This document shows positions 12,484-27,278 of a DNA stretch of 64,000 nucleotides, one piece after another. This DNA is from Eledone cirrhosa. Lineage: Eukaryota. Both the position numbers and the translations under genes were made by a program. The stretch covers positions 119,102,001 through 119,166,000 of the forward strand of contig OZ024740.1 of NCBI GenBank assembly GCA_964016885.1. The letters run 5' to 3'. The notes under the pieces are model-generated. The model was not told the origin of the DNA. It saw only the letters and a program-made list of their open reading frames with translations, and did no database searches. Within the stretch, counting starts at the first letter, position 1. The number at the start of each line of letters is the position of its first letter.

Positions 12484-14278
12484 GCAGCAGCAGCAGCAGC
12501 AGTGCAACAACAAAATATAAATAAATAAAACAAATGCCATCAAATGATATGAGATATGTAAATATAGGTTTTTATAAACTGGGGCATGTCTAATATATTG
12601 GTATAAATGTATTATTCCTGTTATTGTAAGTCTAGCCTGTTTTAGTCATTTTTCGTCTTTTGAATATTGCAAATTCAGAAAGAAAATGAAAATGAATGGG
12701 AATTTATGAGTGTCAGAAAATATTTGCTAAGTTATAGGAAAGGAGATAAGTTCACTCAGGTGTGCCTAGAAAAATGTTACTATTTAAAACAAGTAATTTA
12801 TATGAAGTACAATTGAATTGTCAATTATATGTTATGTGCCAAGTGGCTCTATTGTCTTTCATGAGATTTCATCAACAATATATATCAGGAAAGTATTACA
12901 CTCCTTAGAATGCTTCTTAGGTAGTAAATCCTATACATTTTTTGCAATCTTATCTACATAACACTAGGTGAATTAAAATGCTTTGCTTTATTGTGGTAAT
13001 AAAGAGGCCATTAATGTACACACTCATTTAATATATTTTAAATAAAATCCAACAAAAATTATTGAACATTAATTGTTACATCAACACTAACGGACACTTT
13101 ACAGGAGGAACTTTACAGAGAAACATATTTTTTGTTATATTTTTAGTTCCCATTGATACAATTTTCTTTTATATCAATAATTCTCTTTGGTAAACAAAGA
13201 TGGTCCTTCACTTGTATGTCTTTTCCCTATTAATACAAAGCTATATATCAAACAATGCAATTTTACTTTACATTTTGAGTAAACTAGAAAATAGGCTCTT
13301 GAAGTTTTATAGAATATATAGTGAACTGCATCAGCATATGTTAACTTACTAAGGAATATATAATGTGTGTTATGAAGAGAAACAACATTGAAGAATAAAG
13401 TATAAGAGGATTAGGGATGCTAAAGACAAAACTTTTAGATGTAAAAAAAATTGAAATCCTTTTGTAGCAGTATGCTAAGTTAGTTGACACATTATACATT
13501 ATTATACCATGAAATAACCAACTAGAAACTTAAATTTGATTCCTAGTTACTTTCTGTAAGAATTCTGACACGGTGGTATATGAACTAATGGATTAACAGT
13601 GAGATGGGCAACAACAGCAGATGGTAGGACGATTGCATTTTGTCCACCTAAGGTTGTATTATCACAAATCAGGTTCTGTCAAACAATCTTATTGTCATGG
13701 GTGCAAATTGCGAATATAAGTAAAAGAGGCATACATTCCCATTCATGCTAAGAATATTGTAATATGGATCTTGCAGACATTACTAAGTTAAATTATTTTT
13801 GTTTAGTTCTTATTTGAATATTATAAATAATAAAAATATTGCATGCAAATAGGAAACTTTACTATCCTGATTATCAATACAGTTTAGTTATGAACACTTG
13901 CATAATTACACAAATTATTCTGACAGATGGAATTTATTGATTGCAATTTTCTAATTTTGTTTTATATTTTTGTTTTCATTTGGTAATTTTTGGGGGGATG
14001 TTGTCTAAACTTTCTATCTGTGTGAGATCTTTTAAGAGAAACTACATTTAACAGATATTTATTTTTACTTTAGAATAAGAATAAATCTTTCTCTAATAAA
14101 GTCCAAAATCCAATCTTCGTTTCTATATGCTAAATTTTCTTAGGCTTAATCTGAGAAATTTCAATGCAAGGAATGAAAATGTATGGAAATCATAATTTAT
14201 CAATACTTATCCCTAAGGACCATCAACTTCATTTTATGAAAAGAATTTAGTGATTTATTTACTTTTTGTTTTTTTTCA

Positions 14279-14325
<47 letters not shown>

Positions 14326-15134
14326 TATCACCATCATCATCATCACTACCATCATTAACGTTATTTTTTAGTTCATGCTGTTACTGAGCATAGATATATG
14401 AGCCTTGAGTATATGCAACATCAAAGTTTGGTGTTGTTGGAAATTTTACCAATTGTAACCAGACTACTTCCTGGGAGAAATATGCCTGGAATTTGAAAGG
14501 CAAGAATATAAACTACTACCTTACATGACCCATAATAGGATTGGCAAAACCTCATCAGGGCGAATGAAGAGAATGTCACTTTTGCACAATTAAAATACTA
14601 GAGTTTATAGTCTGTAAGGATTTACTTAAGTCACAATGAGGATTTGCTTTTTACTGTCTGCACTAAAATATCTCATCAAAACCACATACATAGAACATTA
14701 AAAAATACCATAGAATATGAAAGTTTCAACAATTCTTATACTAGAGAAGAAACAACCTGTCTTAACTGTGAACAAATAAAACATACTCTCCCCGTATGAA
14801 ACCATTACATGTTTGTAGAGAGAATAGTCCTGAATATAGACAATATACTAAATATTTAAATTGATAGTTAGTTATATGACTTGGCGTGACTGTTATCGCA
14901 CATAACATAAATCATAATTATTAGTATCATCCAGTATGAGTGACCAATTCTTTGATACAAAGATGTATTTCTGTACATCTATGTATATAGGTTGCATGTT
15001 TGTGCATGAATCTATACTATATATACTTCACATTCTATTTATTTTACGTACATTTCCCATCATATTCTTCTGGGGGTTAATTTAATACACTTTGCTTATC
15101 CTTCAAAATTACAGACATTGTGCTTAAATCAGAA

Positions 15135-15142
15135 ATTATCAT

Positions 15143-15180
<38 letters not shown>

Positions 15181-16740
15181 ATACTACTGCTGCTACTGCT
15201 GCTGATGCTGCTGTTGCTGCTGCTGATGCTGCTGCGGCTACTACTACTACTACTACTACTATTACAATTATTATTTGTAATGCTTTTGTCTTGGCAGATG
15301 TTATATCGACACTATACCAAAATAGTGAGCCATAACCAATGGCCAAAGGTCCTTCGGGTCATTCCTTCTTTAACTTTCCAACACCCTTCTTTGAATTCTT
15401 GCTGTTCCCACAAGGCTCTTTTCTACAAACAATCCTGTCCTGATGGTAACTCATATCTTCTCAAGCCATGCATCCAACTTTCTACTAACTGCTCCCAGTG
15501 CACCAACCATAATCGGTACCAATTCTATGTGTCTGATTCTACACAGTTTATTATCATGTCCTTTCACAGAATTGATCTTACTTCCTCGTTTATTCAAGAT
15601 AGCAGAAAATATACAGGGGTCTAAGGTATCATGACACTGTTTCATTCTTTTCAGTTTGTATCTAATACCTTTCATATCTAAAGGCTATTCGAAGCAACCA
15701 CGATTTCTGTAACATTTCCACTGTGAGATTCAGGTTTAGCTTTTTTAACAATTCATCAAAGTTCTTTGTGATCATCCCTAGGGTGCCAACGGCCACTGGT
15801 ATCACATCCCCTCTTGTGATCTTCCACATTCTTGAAATTTCATACTTCAAGGAGCTATAATTGGTGTACCTTTCTTCTTTTCCTTCTATGTTAGAATCAA
15901 ATATTCCAGTTGGATCTACTAACCGACATGTTTTGTTTATCTTTTCGATTACTGTGGTGTCTGGTTGATTATGATCTAGCCATTTATTGGTTTGTATGAG
16001 CCAATAACATAAGATCTTGCAGTTTTCTGACTCTAATATTTTTTCCAGTTGGTGCATGTACCTGCTTTGTCAAATCTCCACTGCTCACAGTTTCCAGTGG
16101 ATTACTTCAGTCAAACTATCATGTCTCACCTACTAATACTCATTTCAAGCAAGTTTGGGACCTCCGAGACAATGTATGCCACTATTTCAGCTGCTCAGCC
16201 ACAGAATTGACACAGAGGAGTACATCTTCTGCAAACACTACATTTCTGATGTTATTCATGCATATTGCCTGATCTTGTGCTGTAATTATTGTGCTCTCTT
16301 TAGACAATCTCATGATTTTATTCCTCTCACATCATCTGTTGCTTTTCTGAACTGTCCATGCAGTGCCTTGCTTGCCTTCATATGCACCTTTTCTTTACTT
16401 TTGTCACCAGTGTTAGTTCCTAATGAACCCACTTTGTTCACTGCCCTCAGTAGCAACTTTCAGGGTGTATGTCAATATTGCTTTTACCATTTCTATTCAA
16501 ATACAATCTTCTATCTCAATCAAACCTTGGCCTCCATTTGTCTTTTTCATATATAATCAGTCCACATCTGCCTTGGGGTGATGTGCTCCATATATTACCA
16601 GCCACTTCATCATTTTGTGATACAAAGCCACCAACTCTGCTTTTGTCCCATTTATGATACCAGCCCCATATCTAATGGCCCTTGAGATGATAGCAGAGAT
16701 AATATTTCCACAGTTGAGTTTTGATTAATTGTTCACAATC
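15135..16740 (-). mobile_element. Decayed R4/Dong-like non-LTR element with restriction-like endonuclease; two tandem 3' ends
   Basis: HPKADVD, ALHGQF, AQDQAI, CQFCG knuckle remnant, DHNQPD, VIPVAVGTLG...LQKS. A second LVPIMVGALG end is followed by a (TAA/TAG)n-type tail. Confidence 0.8.
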
Positions 16741-16949
16741 AGTACCACTTCTACATGTTCAGGCCATAATATATAATGGAGGTGATGTATGTATTAGCTC
16801 CCTCAGCTCAGTCTTGGCTTATTTCTGGGTAAAACTGATTATGCTGCTCACTACCTCATCCTATTTCCTACCAAGCTGACGGTTCAGAACAAACCAGAGT
16901 CTGAGCAACATAACTAGATCATCTATCTAGTACTACACTGTGGTGTTGA

Positions 16950-17400
16950 AGTGCATTAACTTGCCTCTTCAGGTACTGACCATTGAGTAGATACTGCTGC
17001 CCATTGAAGTGATCCAGCCTCTGAAGGCATGACCAAAACGGTCTCTCTTAAGGTTCATACAAGCCCCAATGATAAACCCTATAAAAAGCTTTTGTTTATT
17101 CCAAATTGATCAAAGACCTACCAAATCCAGGTTTATTCCTGACCCTTCTATGATGTGTTGTATGTGGTGGAGGTTGTCATGGATAGACTCAGTAAGGATT
17201 GTGCATGTCTCCACATTGCTGACCACACATTCGAATATGAGAAGCCAAACTACTTGCTAGCATCTTGACCAAAACTCAAAGCTCTTTGTTGTGCAGAGCT
17301 ATAGGCTGGAAATGTTCAATTGCATCTCTCTTGCTTTCATCTTTCTTCAGTTCTTCTACACCCTTGCTCTCAGAACTGAGAATTCTCCAATTCTACTGCC
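16950..17400 (-). mobile_element. Tx1/L1-clade RT remnant
   Basis: HFQPIALHNKEL*VLVKMLASSL, TCTILTESIHDNLHHI, KAFYRVYH, matching RPITLLN..KILAK, SIHDN and KAFDRV.H. Confidence 0.65.
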
Positions 17401-20400
17401 TGTTGCAGTAGACAGGAGCTAAATCAATGAACAAATTTAGGAAATTTGTGCAAAGCTCATAGGACAGAGCATTCTGGCTGGATGATCTGAACCTCATACA
17501 GCCACTCATGGTCAGCCGTATTTTAGCTGCAGTTATCAGCTTTATGCATCACTCTGCATCTTCCATCACAAATCTCAGCCCACCATTAAGATAGGAACTA
17601 CAGTCCACTGCTGTTTCCCTTTCCTCACTCTCCCCGATCATTAATGTAAAGTGCCATTGAAAAACCCTACACAAGCTTATTCTGGTTCTCCAAAAACCAA
17701 ATGATAGCTTCATTGCCATTCAAGAGAGTGTCTTAGATCTGAAGATGCAACCTTTATGTTTCACATTGGGGAAATGGTCCAAGGCCATTCTTGCAGTTAA
17801 CACAATGGTTATGATGCCACTCATATATTGCATCTTCTTGTTTAACAACTACTTCTACCTTTGTTATATCTTTTCAATTGCAATTTATTTGCTCAAAGTT
17901 ATTGATTCTAATCTAAATACTTCCTTGAGAACACGCCACCACCTATTGTTGCTGATTTTCCCTGTCAACTAATATGGTAATCTAGTATCTGTAGACATTA
18001 AATGCAAGGAGTGATGTATTAAGTTTCTAGTAACTGGGTCTCTGTGTACATATTCGACTGAGGTTGACCATACAAATCATAAATTTATGATCTGTGTATA
18101 GTACCATTTGCAATTGTTGACAGGCTATAAAAATCTATCTAGTAATGATCTAGATGACCTAACATGAATGCTCCATGAACACACTCTTATTTTGGAACTG
18201 TCTAAACACATGATTTTGTACCAAATGATACAAATCTTTTTGGGGGAAGGAGGAGGTAGTTTCTACTATTAGCTCAGGTAGTACAATTATTGCAGCCCTT
18301 CTTCCAGCCATTCCAACAATTTGTTTAGCATGAGCCAATTTAGCTTATTTGTTGGCAAGAGATAGTAAGTATAATTCATTTTCTCCATGTGGAATTGCTG
18401 AAAAAGACATTTTCGTTGTGGTCTAGTTGTGGTAATACTATTGTCATTGTTGTTGTTGTTCATGTTGTTGTCATCTGTGTTCTTTTTGCTTCTATTACTG
18501 TTTTCATTGATGTCATTCATATTCTTGACATTAGTGTTGTTGTTTCAGTTGTGGATAATATTGTTATTTTGTTGTTGTGGTGGTGTCAATGATCTTCTTT
18601 TCATTGGCACTTATTGAAACTGCATTTTCTCTTTCATTCAAAAAGGAACATTTTTCATTTTGGTGCTTTTGCTTTTGTTGTTGTTCTAGCAGAAGTGAAA
18701 GTGATGAAAGTCTATGTTAATGCTGAAAATTGGTCTTTGTTAAAGTAGAGTGAGGATGACAAAGTCAGTGTTAACACTATTTTTCCCCTTCCATGTTGTG
18801 AGCTTACTGGCCATTTTGAAAAAAATCTCTGATAAAAACAGATTTTCTAATGGAAAAAATGCCCTTTATGGCCAGAAATTTAGTGTAGTTTATTTAATAA
18901 AAACAGAGTGTTTGACCTTACAATATCAAGGAAATATTTCCACAAATAAAACGGCAGATACAGGTAACAAATGACAAATCAGGAGCTGTAATATCATGCC
19001 CTAAATATAAAAAAAGTATAATAATAATTTCTTTATTAATCACAAATGCTTCATCTAAAGATAAGATTAAGGACAGCACATGACAAAACATTGAGTGTGT
19101 AAGGGTAATGCATGTAAAAAGAGAGATAAGAAAAGACGAAACAAAATTAAATCAAAGAAAATTCTTCAATAGGGAGTACATTTTCTAGGTCCATTCATGG
19201 CGAAACACCATTAGATAAAATTACATAAAATAAAACAAATATAAATAACTTAATATTATACATTATTGAAATATAATTTATTAGAGCAAAACTTTAATAT
19301 CATAATATACTTTTTTTCTGTTCATTAGATGCTTAAATTAATTTACTCAGATTAGTGATCTCAGATCACATTCCAAAATGAAGTGGAAACTATTATTTAT
19401 ATGTTGTATAATTTCTTGATAAAAGACAAGACAATAACATTTTCTGTGTGTATATTTCATAATTCTTCGATAGAAGATTATAAATGTTTGTGTTTTTTTA
19501 TGTTTTAATATATTTTAAAAAATATTTCTATATATCTTATTGCTTATATTTTCATAAAACATATTTGCAATTGACTTATTATGTAGGTGAAGACTCAGGG
19601 CATATGCACGCAATTAAACATTTTTATGGTGATTTCTTTTTGCACCAAATATCTGTTAGATTTAATATTAAATATTTATAGGGATGGATATGAAAAGTAC
19701 TCTCAATGAAATGACATAATTATTAGAATGTCAGACAAAAGGCTATTGAGTATTTAATCATGGTTGTTTATGTTCTGATTTCAATCCTACCAAGTTCCTC
19801 TTTGCCTGTCATAATTTCAGGATTTAAAAGATAAATGCTAGTTAAGAATTGTGGTCAACTTCATTGACTTCCCTTCCCTACAAATTGCAGTAACCACTCA
19901 AATGTTTAGAGAGAGGACTAGTCATTTGGCATAATTGCAGGAATGTTAGCATAGCAGCCAAAGTACTTTGTGGTACTTTATGTTCTTTTACTTTTGGATT
20001 TCAAATTCTTCTGAGATTGACTGTCATCATTATGAGCTCAATAAAATAAGAACCCGTCACAAAATAGATCTAATAATTTAATTGTTTCCTCCCCTAATTT
20101 TGTAGATTTAAGTTAATTTGAAAGAGAGAATATTGTATGTAATGTGTTTATAATGTTACCTATATGTTATTCACAAAGAGGATTAGAAGTACATTCAAAT
20201 GAATATGAAGAAAGATTCAGAACATCTGGAAAATGGGCATATCAAATAAAACATTCTATGGTTTACACCCTCATCTTTCTGACATCATGATGCATAGCAG
20301 GCAGGCATTAGCCAGACATGTGAAATGTCACAATGAAGCTGCTATCTGAGTACTTTTTCTGGAAACCTGACGTGTGCAGGTGAGTTGGGAGATCGATCAT

Positions 20401-20854
20401 CACACTGAAGGATGTTCTTGAAGATGAAATCGAGCTAGAGGTGGGAAATTCAGAGGGTAATGCTAGACAGAGTGTGCGAGAGGAGGAAATTCATCATGAC
20501 ACTGGCAACAGATGTATGAAAGGAGGAGGAGGAGGGGAGATAGAGTAGACTTGGTATGTTACACTATTTGATTCATTCTCTTTACATTCTGAATTAAAAT
20601 TCTGCCATGTATATCTTTACCTTTTATCTCAACAGATTTGATAAATTAAGTACCAGTAATATACTGTTGGGTAATTCTAACAGCAATTCTATCTGTCTCC
20701 AAATTTCAGATCTTAACATAGTGTGATAAATTACTATTAATAATAATAGTAACGAGGGGATTTTTTGCCCACCATCTAGCATTAGGCAAATTCAATAGCA
20801 AAAGAGAAATTAATGATTTAATCAAACAGATTAATTTCACATATGTTATTGAAA

Positions 20855-20908
20855 TGATTTAAGCTTAGCCATCAGACAATCCTGTGTCTGATGGCTAAGC
20901 TTAAATCA
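20855..20908. repeat. Perfect 24-bp hairpin with 6-nt loop
   Basis: tgatttaagcttagccatcagaca-atcctg-tgtctgatggctaagcttaaatca. Confidence 0.9.
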
Positions 20909-20991
20909 CTAACACATATCAAATTGTTCCAATGCTTCTTAAGTCAGACACTTTGTTTATTGTTTATACATATATATATATGTATGTGTGT

Positions 20992-21240
20992 GTGGATTGG
21001 CAGTATTTGTAGAGCATCGTAGAGCATCAGACACCATGCTTTGCAGCCTAGAGTCATGGCCCTTTGGGTTCTGAGTTTAAATCCCAACGAGGTTAGCTTT
21101 GCCTTTCATCCTTATGTGGTCAATAAAATAAAGCATCAGTAATGTACTGGGGTTGAGGTCGATTTAATCAACTTCAACTTCCTTTTCAAATTACTGGCCC
21201 TTCCTTTTCAAATTACTATGCCTGAAGAAGAAACAATGAT
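20992..21240 (+). mobile_element. SINE family A, longer variant
   Basis: Same head and body, plus extra 3' segment with a duplicated cttccttttcaaattact. Confidence 0.75.
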
Positions 21241-22160
21241 TTTAATGGTTTCAAACAACAGGTTCTAGTCATGGTACAATACTGGATTCTATGATATATA
21301 GTTGATTACATCAACTCCAGTATTTACATTATTATCAGGCTCCTATTTTAATAGACTTAGGTTAATAGGCAAAGTAAGGTTTTACAAAAGAAATCATAAT
21401 ATAAAGGATGCTATGAAATAACAATGTATTTTCCTCCATAACTATTTATTCTCAACACTGCCCATATATTTACATCTGCCAATATATATATACATACACC
21501 TACATATGGAAAAACTGACGTAAAAACGATGATGAGGATGTTATGGATACATACTACAAATCTTTTTTGTATTATCATTTAGACATATGCAGAAATGAGA
21601 GATATAACATTATATTGAATGTACATCAACATCAACAGAAAGCCTTTTATGGCAATGTTATGAATATAGATAGCCCTCTAAGCAACACAATCTAATGGTT
21701 ATGTATTAAAACAGACAATTTTCTTTGCTCAATGGATGAAACCCAATAGTTATCATAAGCAAAAACATTTCCATACCTATCACTGTTATGTCTGGTAAAG
21801 AGTTCATTAACACAGTGAGCTCCCACTTGAAATATATAAACAAACATTTTATAGGAATTTACAAGCTAAATAGATTGAATCTGTTCATATAATCAATGAA
21901 GCATTGAAGTAAATTGAAATTTTATTCATTTAGTTTTACTAATAAGCATCTTTGTGAAAAATCAGATTTTAAACAGCAGACAGTAATTTAAATCCCAACA
22001 TAAAATAATGAATGCTTTAAAACACTTCATAAACCAATTGAAATTTGAAGTGTGAGAAATAACAACAATTAAGAATCATTAAAAAAAACAACACAGAAAC
22101 ATTTGGTAATTTGAGATTGTGGACTCTTCTCGTTTGTGTTTTCTTCATATGCTAGTATAA

Positions 22161-22240
22161 AATAATTGTTTGTACTTTAGGCACAAGGCCAGCAATTACC
22201 CAGTGCATTACTGGTACTTTATTTTATCCATCCCGTAAGG
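22161..22240 (-). mobile_element. SINE family A, 3' fragment
   Basis: Reverse complement of the family 3' end. Confidence 0.75.
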
Positions 22241-22706
22241 GGTCGAAAAATAATGATTCAGTTTTTACTTGCTTAGACCTTGTATGTAAGGAAGACCAGT
22301 AGTAGAATTAATGTTGCTGTCAGGCAGAAGTGATAATAATACAAATAACCACAACACAAAAAATATTGTTATGTATGGTTAAAGAAATATAATATTATCA
22401 CATATAACGTAAGCAAGGAAAATTTTAATTGAGGAATTTTGATAAATGGAAATGTGCAAATCTTTAAATCTGAGCCCAGGATACTAAAATATACATTTAT
22501 CATCATCATATTTACATCTGCCTTTCCAAGCTTATTAATGGAAAATACTCAAACATCTAATGTTAAAAGTTACTGAATATACATCAATTAACTGTACTAG
22601 GAACACCTATGAGTATCAGTTAATAGAATTGATCATTTGCTCTTTAGTTAGAAATATATGAATATAATAGCTGGATGGAAATCCTCACAAAATGCAAATA
22701 TGCATA

Positions 22707-22742
<36 letters not shown>

Positions 22743-23719
22743 TGTATGTATGTATGTATGTATGTATGTATGTATGTATGTATGTATGTATGTGTGCATG
22801 CATGCTTGTATGCATGTATGTATATAGGTATGTATGTATATTAAATGACAGTGATGTGATAATAGAGATTTCTCAAGACCATACACAGTAATTTGATGAT
22901 AAATGACAGATGTGCCAGCAGTTGCCTGAAAATATTACTGCTGCATTATCTGCAAAAAATTGTTTCATGATTAAGTATATGCATGCAATCCAAACTGAAT
23001 TTATTATTTCCCTTCGAAAAGAAATAATATCAGTGTAACATTATAGATAAAATATAGATAGAAACACCTATTGTCATTATTTACTATTATATGAGGAGCA
23101 TTATATAATATTGGTTGAATGTAGATTCTCATAATACACAGAGAATATGATGTATGTAGTTTCAAATGATTAGATATTATGTGCTAGTATAGCAAATAAA
23201 AACAGATGCGGATATGAAATTAATTTATACAACTAATGTAAATATTGCACCAATACAGGTAGCCTCAAAATTGTTACCTGAACCAGGATCACTTGGGCAG
23301 GTGAGGGAATTTCTTCAGGATCACTCAAACCCATCAGGAATGCCTCTATATAGTTGTTTGCTTGGCTAGAAATAGTAGACAAATCTATCCTAAGCCATCA
23401 GAAAAAAAAGGAAGGACATATTGAATAATGTATTTGATGTACTCTGTCTGAAAAGCAGTTGGATGATCATGGCTTGAAAATGTTTGTTATATGTCAACTT
23501 GATCAAAGCTGATATGAGGGCGAAACAACAATTTTCATATAATAAATTTGTTGACATGTTTAATTAAATAATAAATGGTTTTGCATAACAAATCATGTAT
23601 TAGGAAATCCATAATAATTTTAATGGCAGTATAATTACAGTTATGCTGAGCAAAGAAACTTAACAAATGCACATTATGCAAATAACAATAGCCATTTCAG
23701 TTGAGTTCACATTTGTGAT

Positions 23720-25270
23720 TCACATAAATAAGGAGATGCTATGATTTCCGACCAGGCCTGCAGTAGGAACAGGGTCTCAACAAGATGGAAGTTGACATGG
23801 TAGTGGAATGATATGGTAAAAACAGCCATAAAAACAAAACAAAAGTTGCCTGGACAGACAGGAGGAAAGAGTGGAATAGAGGCCAATGCCAAATAGCCAA
23901 AGCAAAGCCAAGTACTAGATATAGTAAGCAAGAGGAGAAGCAGAAAAGAAGTTTGCTTATGGTCTACATCAAGAGGATTAAAGGTGAAAAATGTTCTAAA
24001 TTGGGAGACAGTGTGTTTGGGGAAAAGTGTGCCCGAAGTGATAGCAACACATTTACTCTCACTAATGCTGAATGGAAAGGGGCATCAAAGTTTCATGACT
24101 ATGCAACTATTGAATAAAAAGAACAAATCAGTTAATGAGAGCCTACCCCATGTAGACATAGTGTAGAAGTTCATAGCTTTTATTATCTAGGTGACTTAAC
24201 CAGTATTTGGAGAGGATGCTATAAAAAGTTTAAAGGGCTGATACATCTGTAGACAAAAAAGAGCTTCTTTCTCAGGGTGAAGTGTAGACTGTATGATGTC
24301 TCTGTACAAACTGTAATGCTACATAGCAGTTGGATGTCGGCTTTGACTGCAGAAATCGAGTATGCACTAATTGATGCGTAATGTTAGTGTACATGAATGA
24401 CATAACGGAGCTGAGAGAAAAACTTGGTATAAGAGGAATTCATTGTAGTGTACAAGAGAGAAGACTGCATTGCAATGGACATGTAATGCATATGGAAGTT
24501 GGCAGCTGTTATACAGGGCAGAGAAATCTCAGTGGCTAGGACAGGAGGAGAAGCTGAATTTCATAACAAGGGAAAAGCTCCCAAATACACCTCACCCATC
24601 CACATACTTCACCATGACTATCACGCTTTCCTCATCTAACTCATGCCGGCACAGAGAGAATAAGAAGGTTTCCACGACCATCCATTGTGTGCTTCCCTTT
24701 CCACCCTAACACATCCTCAATTCATTTCCCTGCACAATCCATGCCAACGTGGAAGAATGATGTGCACCCTATTCCCACAAACATATATGGTTTATTCCCT
24801 TGTAGAACACATGCCAATATTCCACCAGAATCAACTCACACTTTTCAAGCCCGCTTTCCTCTCCTTTCATTGCCTTCCCAGTGATGTGCTATGATAAAAA
24901 TGAGCCCAGACCAGTCTGTAATGTGATAGTGCTGGTGCTGCGAAGAAAAGCAACCAGTCAACTCTGTAAGGTAGTAGTGGGGGTGTCATGATAAAAGCAT
25001 GCAGATCCCTCCCCTATAATGTTATAGTGTTGATAATGCATGATAAAATATTCTCAGTACACACTGTAATGGAATTGTTGGTAGGAAGTGCATGCAGCCG
25101 TAGAAACCATGATCCTAGTACACATTGTAAAGCAATTGGCATAAGAATGGCATCCAGCTCAAGAAACATAGCCAAAATTTAAGCATATGAGCATGATGTC
25201 ATCACCTGGCAAGTTAAGACTCAAAACGTCTAACTTATGGGAAAGCAAATTTTAAATGTTAATGATGATA
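23720..25270 (+). mobile_element. Old decayed RTE LINE
   Basis: Remnants of YLGD, RLYD and LREKLGIRGI; repeated UTR motifs; GAT-like tail. Confidence 0.6.
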
Positions 25271-25329
25271 TATATATAAATATATAATCAAAATGGGTGA
25301 CTGAACTCACATGTGTTTTATTTATTTAT

Positions 25330-25500
25330 TTTGTTCTGTTCCTTCCTCTTGTCACACTCTATATCATGTATTTCTCATCCTAGCTACTGATGAAGGACTC
25401 ATGTCTGAAAGGTTAAGGTACCTTTGCTAATAGTAAATAATATATTTCTTCATTGTACTGTGTCATTTGCTTTGTTATTTCTGTTTACTTTTTGCATATA
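25330..25500 (+). mobile_element. pLTR remnant related to 2340-2485, with decayed HHR (25387-25418)
   Basis: ctgatgaaggactcatgtctgaaaggttaag and shared 3' end gttatttctgtttac...catatata. Confidence 0.6.
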
Positions 25501-25717
25501 TATATATATATATATATTGTTATACTTGGGGAGGGTCATATTTGTGTAATATTGCCAGAATTAATAACAGAACACACTCACTGTTTGGTTGGTTTTCGCT
25601 TCTCGCTGTCTTTTATATCTGCGATCTAACTTAATCGGTCCTCAATGTTGCCATTGACTGACCAACGGTCAAAAATAATACAGATACAATATAGACACAA
25701 ACACATATATATAGTTT

Positions 25718-25757
25718 ACATAAATCTTTCGTTGCACATCTGCAACATCGTCAGTGG
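25718..25757 (-). ncRNA. Hammerhead motif, left-arm copy
   Basis: Reverse complement of 26916-26955. Confidence 0.62.
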
Positions 25758-26031
25758 TGTTATATTCATTGTTCCTCCTGTTGTGTTGTATGTCTACGCC
25801 ATTTTTTATTCAGTCTGTCTATATATTTATTTATTTATTTGCTTGTTTGTTTATTTTATTTTGTCTTCTTTGCGCATGCGTATAGTGTTATGTTTGCTGT
25901 GTGACTAGTGTGTATAGTGTTGTGTCTGCTGGGTGACTAGTGTGTGTTTATGTGCTTGTTGTTATTGTGCTTGTGTATGTATTTATTTATCTTATTTTAT
26001 TTTATTTTATTTTATTTATTTATTTACTTAT

Positions 26032-26500
26032 TTATACTTCTCTTAGGTCAGTGTTGTTTGTTTGGGTGTTGTTGTTGTTCCACTCATTCTTTCTGTTTAG
26101 CTTTGGTCTTCTAATTTCTATTTCACTGGCCTCTCTGATTTGCCTATCTGCTGGGTCATTCCTATGTTTAGATATTATTCTAATTTCTATGTTGTCTATG
26201 TTACCGGCATGTTGTTGTCTAGCATGTTCGTATAGTACTGACTCGTTTTTTCGTCCTTTTAGTTCCCCCCAGTGTTGGTCTATCCTTTCACCTATGCTAC
26301 GAGCTGTTTCGCCTATGTATGTTGTTGTCATGTTTCTGCAAGTACCCTCTGTACATCTTATGCTATAGACTACGTTTCTAGTTTTACAGTTTATCCGGGG
26401 TTCACCTTACATATGATACATTTCCTATTGGTACAGTGGGTTTTCTTAAAAGGGTAGGTTTTGCTGATAAGGGATTTTATGGTGGTTCCTGGCTTTTCTA
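26032..26500 (-). pseudogene. PLE GIY-YIG endonuclease, Nematis-like, frameshifted
   Basis: CTNRKCIIC, VVYSIRC, YIGETARSIGERIDQH, LYEHARQQH, RQIREA, PKLNRKNEW. Clade call is from motif recall. Confidence 0.85.
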
Positions 26501-26915
26501 CCACCTTTATTTTTAAGATAGGCAAATCAGAGAGGCCAGTGAAATAGAAATTAGAAGACCAAAGCTAAACAGAAAGAATGAGTGGAACAACAACAACACC
26601 CAAACAAACAACACTGACCTAAGAGAAGTATAAATAAGTAAATAAATAAATAAAATAAAATAAAATAAGATAACTAAATACATACACAAGCACAATAACA
26701 ACAAGCACATAAACACACACTAGTCACCCAGCACACACAACACTATACACACTAGTCACACAGCAAACATAACACTATACACACACGCAAACGCATGTGC
26801 AAAGAAGACAAAATAAAATAAACAAACAAGCAAATAAATAAATAAATATATAGACAGACTGAATAAAAAATGGCATAGACATACAACACAACAGGAGGAA
26901 AAAAAATATATAACA

Positions 26916-26955
26916 CCACTGACGATGTTGCAGATGTGCAACGAAAGATTTATGT
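26916..26955 (+). ncRNA. Hammerhead motif
   Basis: CA-CTGACGA-T-GTTGCA(GATG)TGCAAC-GAAA-GATTT-A-TG. Perfect stem II, weak stem I. Confidence 0.65.
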
Positions 26956-27222
26956 AAATTATGTAAACTATATATATGTGTTTGTGTCTATATTGTATCT
27001 GTATTATTTTTGACCGTCGGTCAGTCAATGGCAACATTGAGCACCGATTAAGTTAGATCGCAGATATAAAAGACAGCGAGAAGCGAAAACCAACCAAACA
27101 GTGAGTGTGTTCTGTTATTAATTCTGGCAATATTACACAAATATGACCCTCCCCAAGTATAACAATATTTGTTTCGACACACGATTTCATATAAAAAACC
27201 TCGCTAAACTAATTCATCGCCG

Positions 27223-27270
<48 letters not shown>

Positions 27271-27278
<8 letters not shown>

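Larger units (their letters stand above)
25517..27223. mobile_element. PLE 3' fragment with head-to-head inverted pLTRs (arms about 650 bp)
   Basis: 25517-26150 is inverted relative to 26515-27165; flanked by (TA)n. Confidence 0.9.

Noticed and set aside
15077-15624. Poly-L, poly-V and poly-T ORFs
   Set aside because: Translations of a trinucleotide microsatellite and antisense LINE sequence.
18287-18700. N/T-rich possible host exon on the minus strand
   Set aside because: Stops in the plausible frames, low complexity, and no recognisable domain or splice pair.
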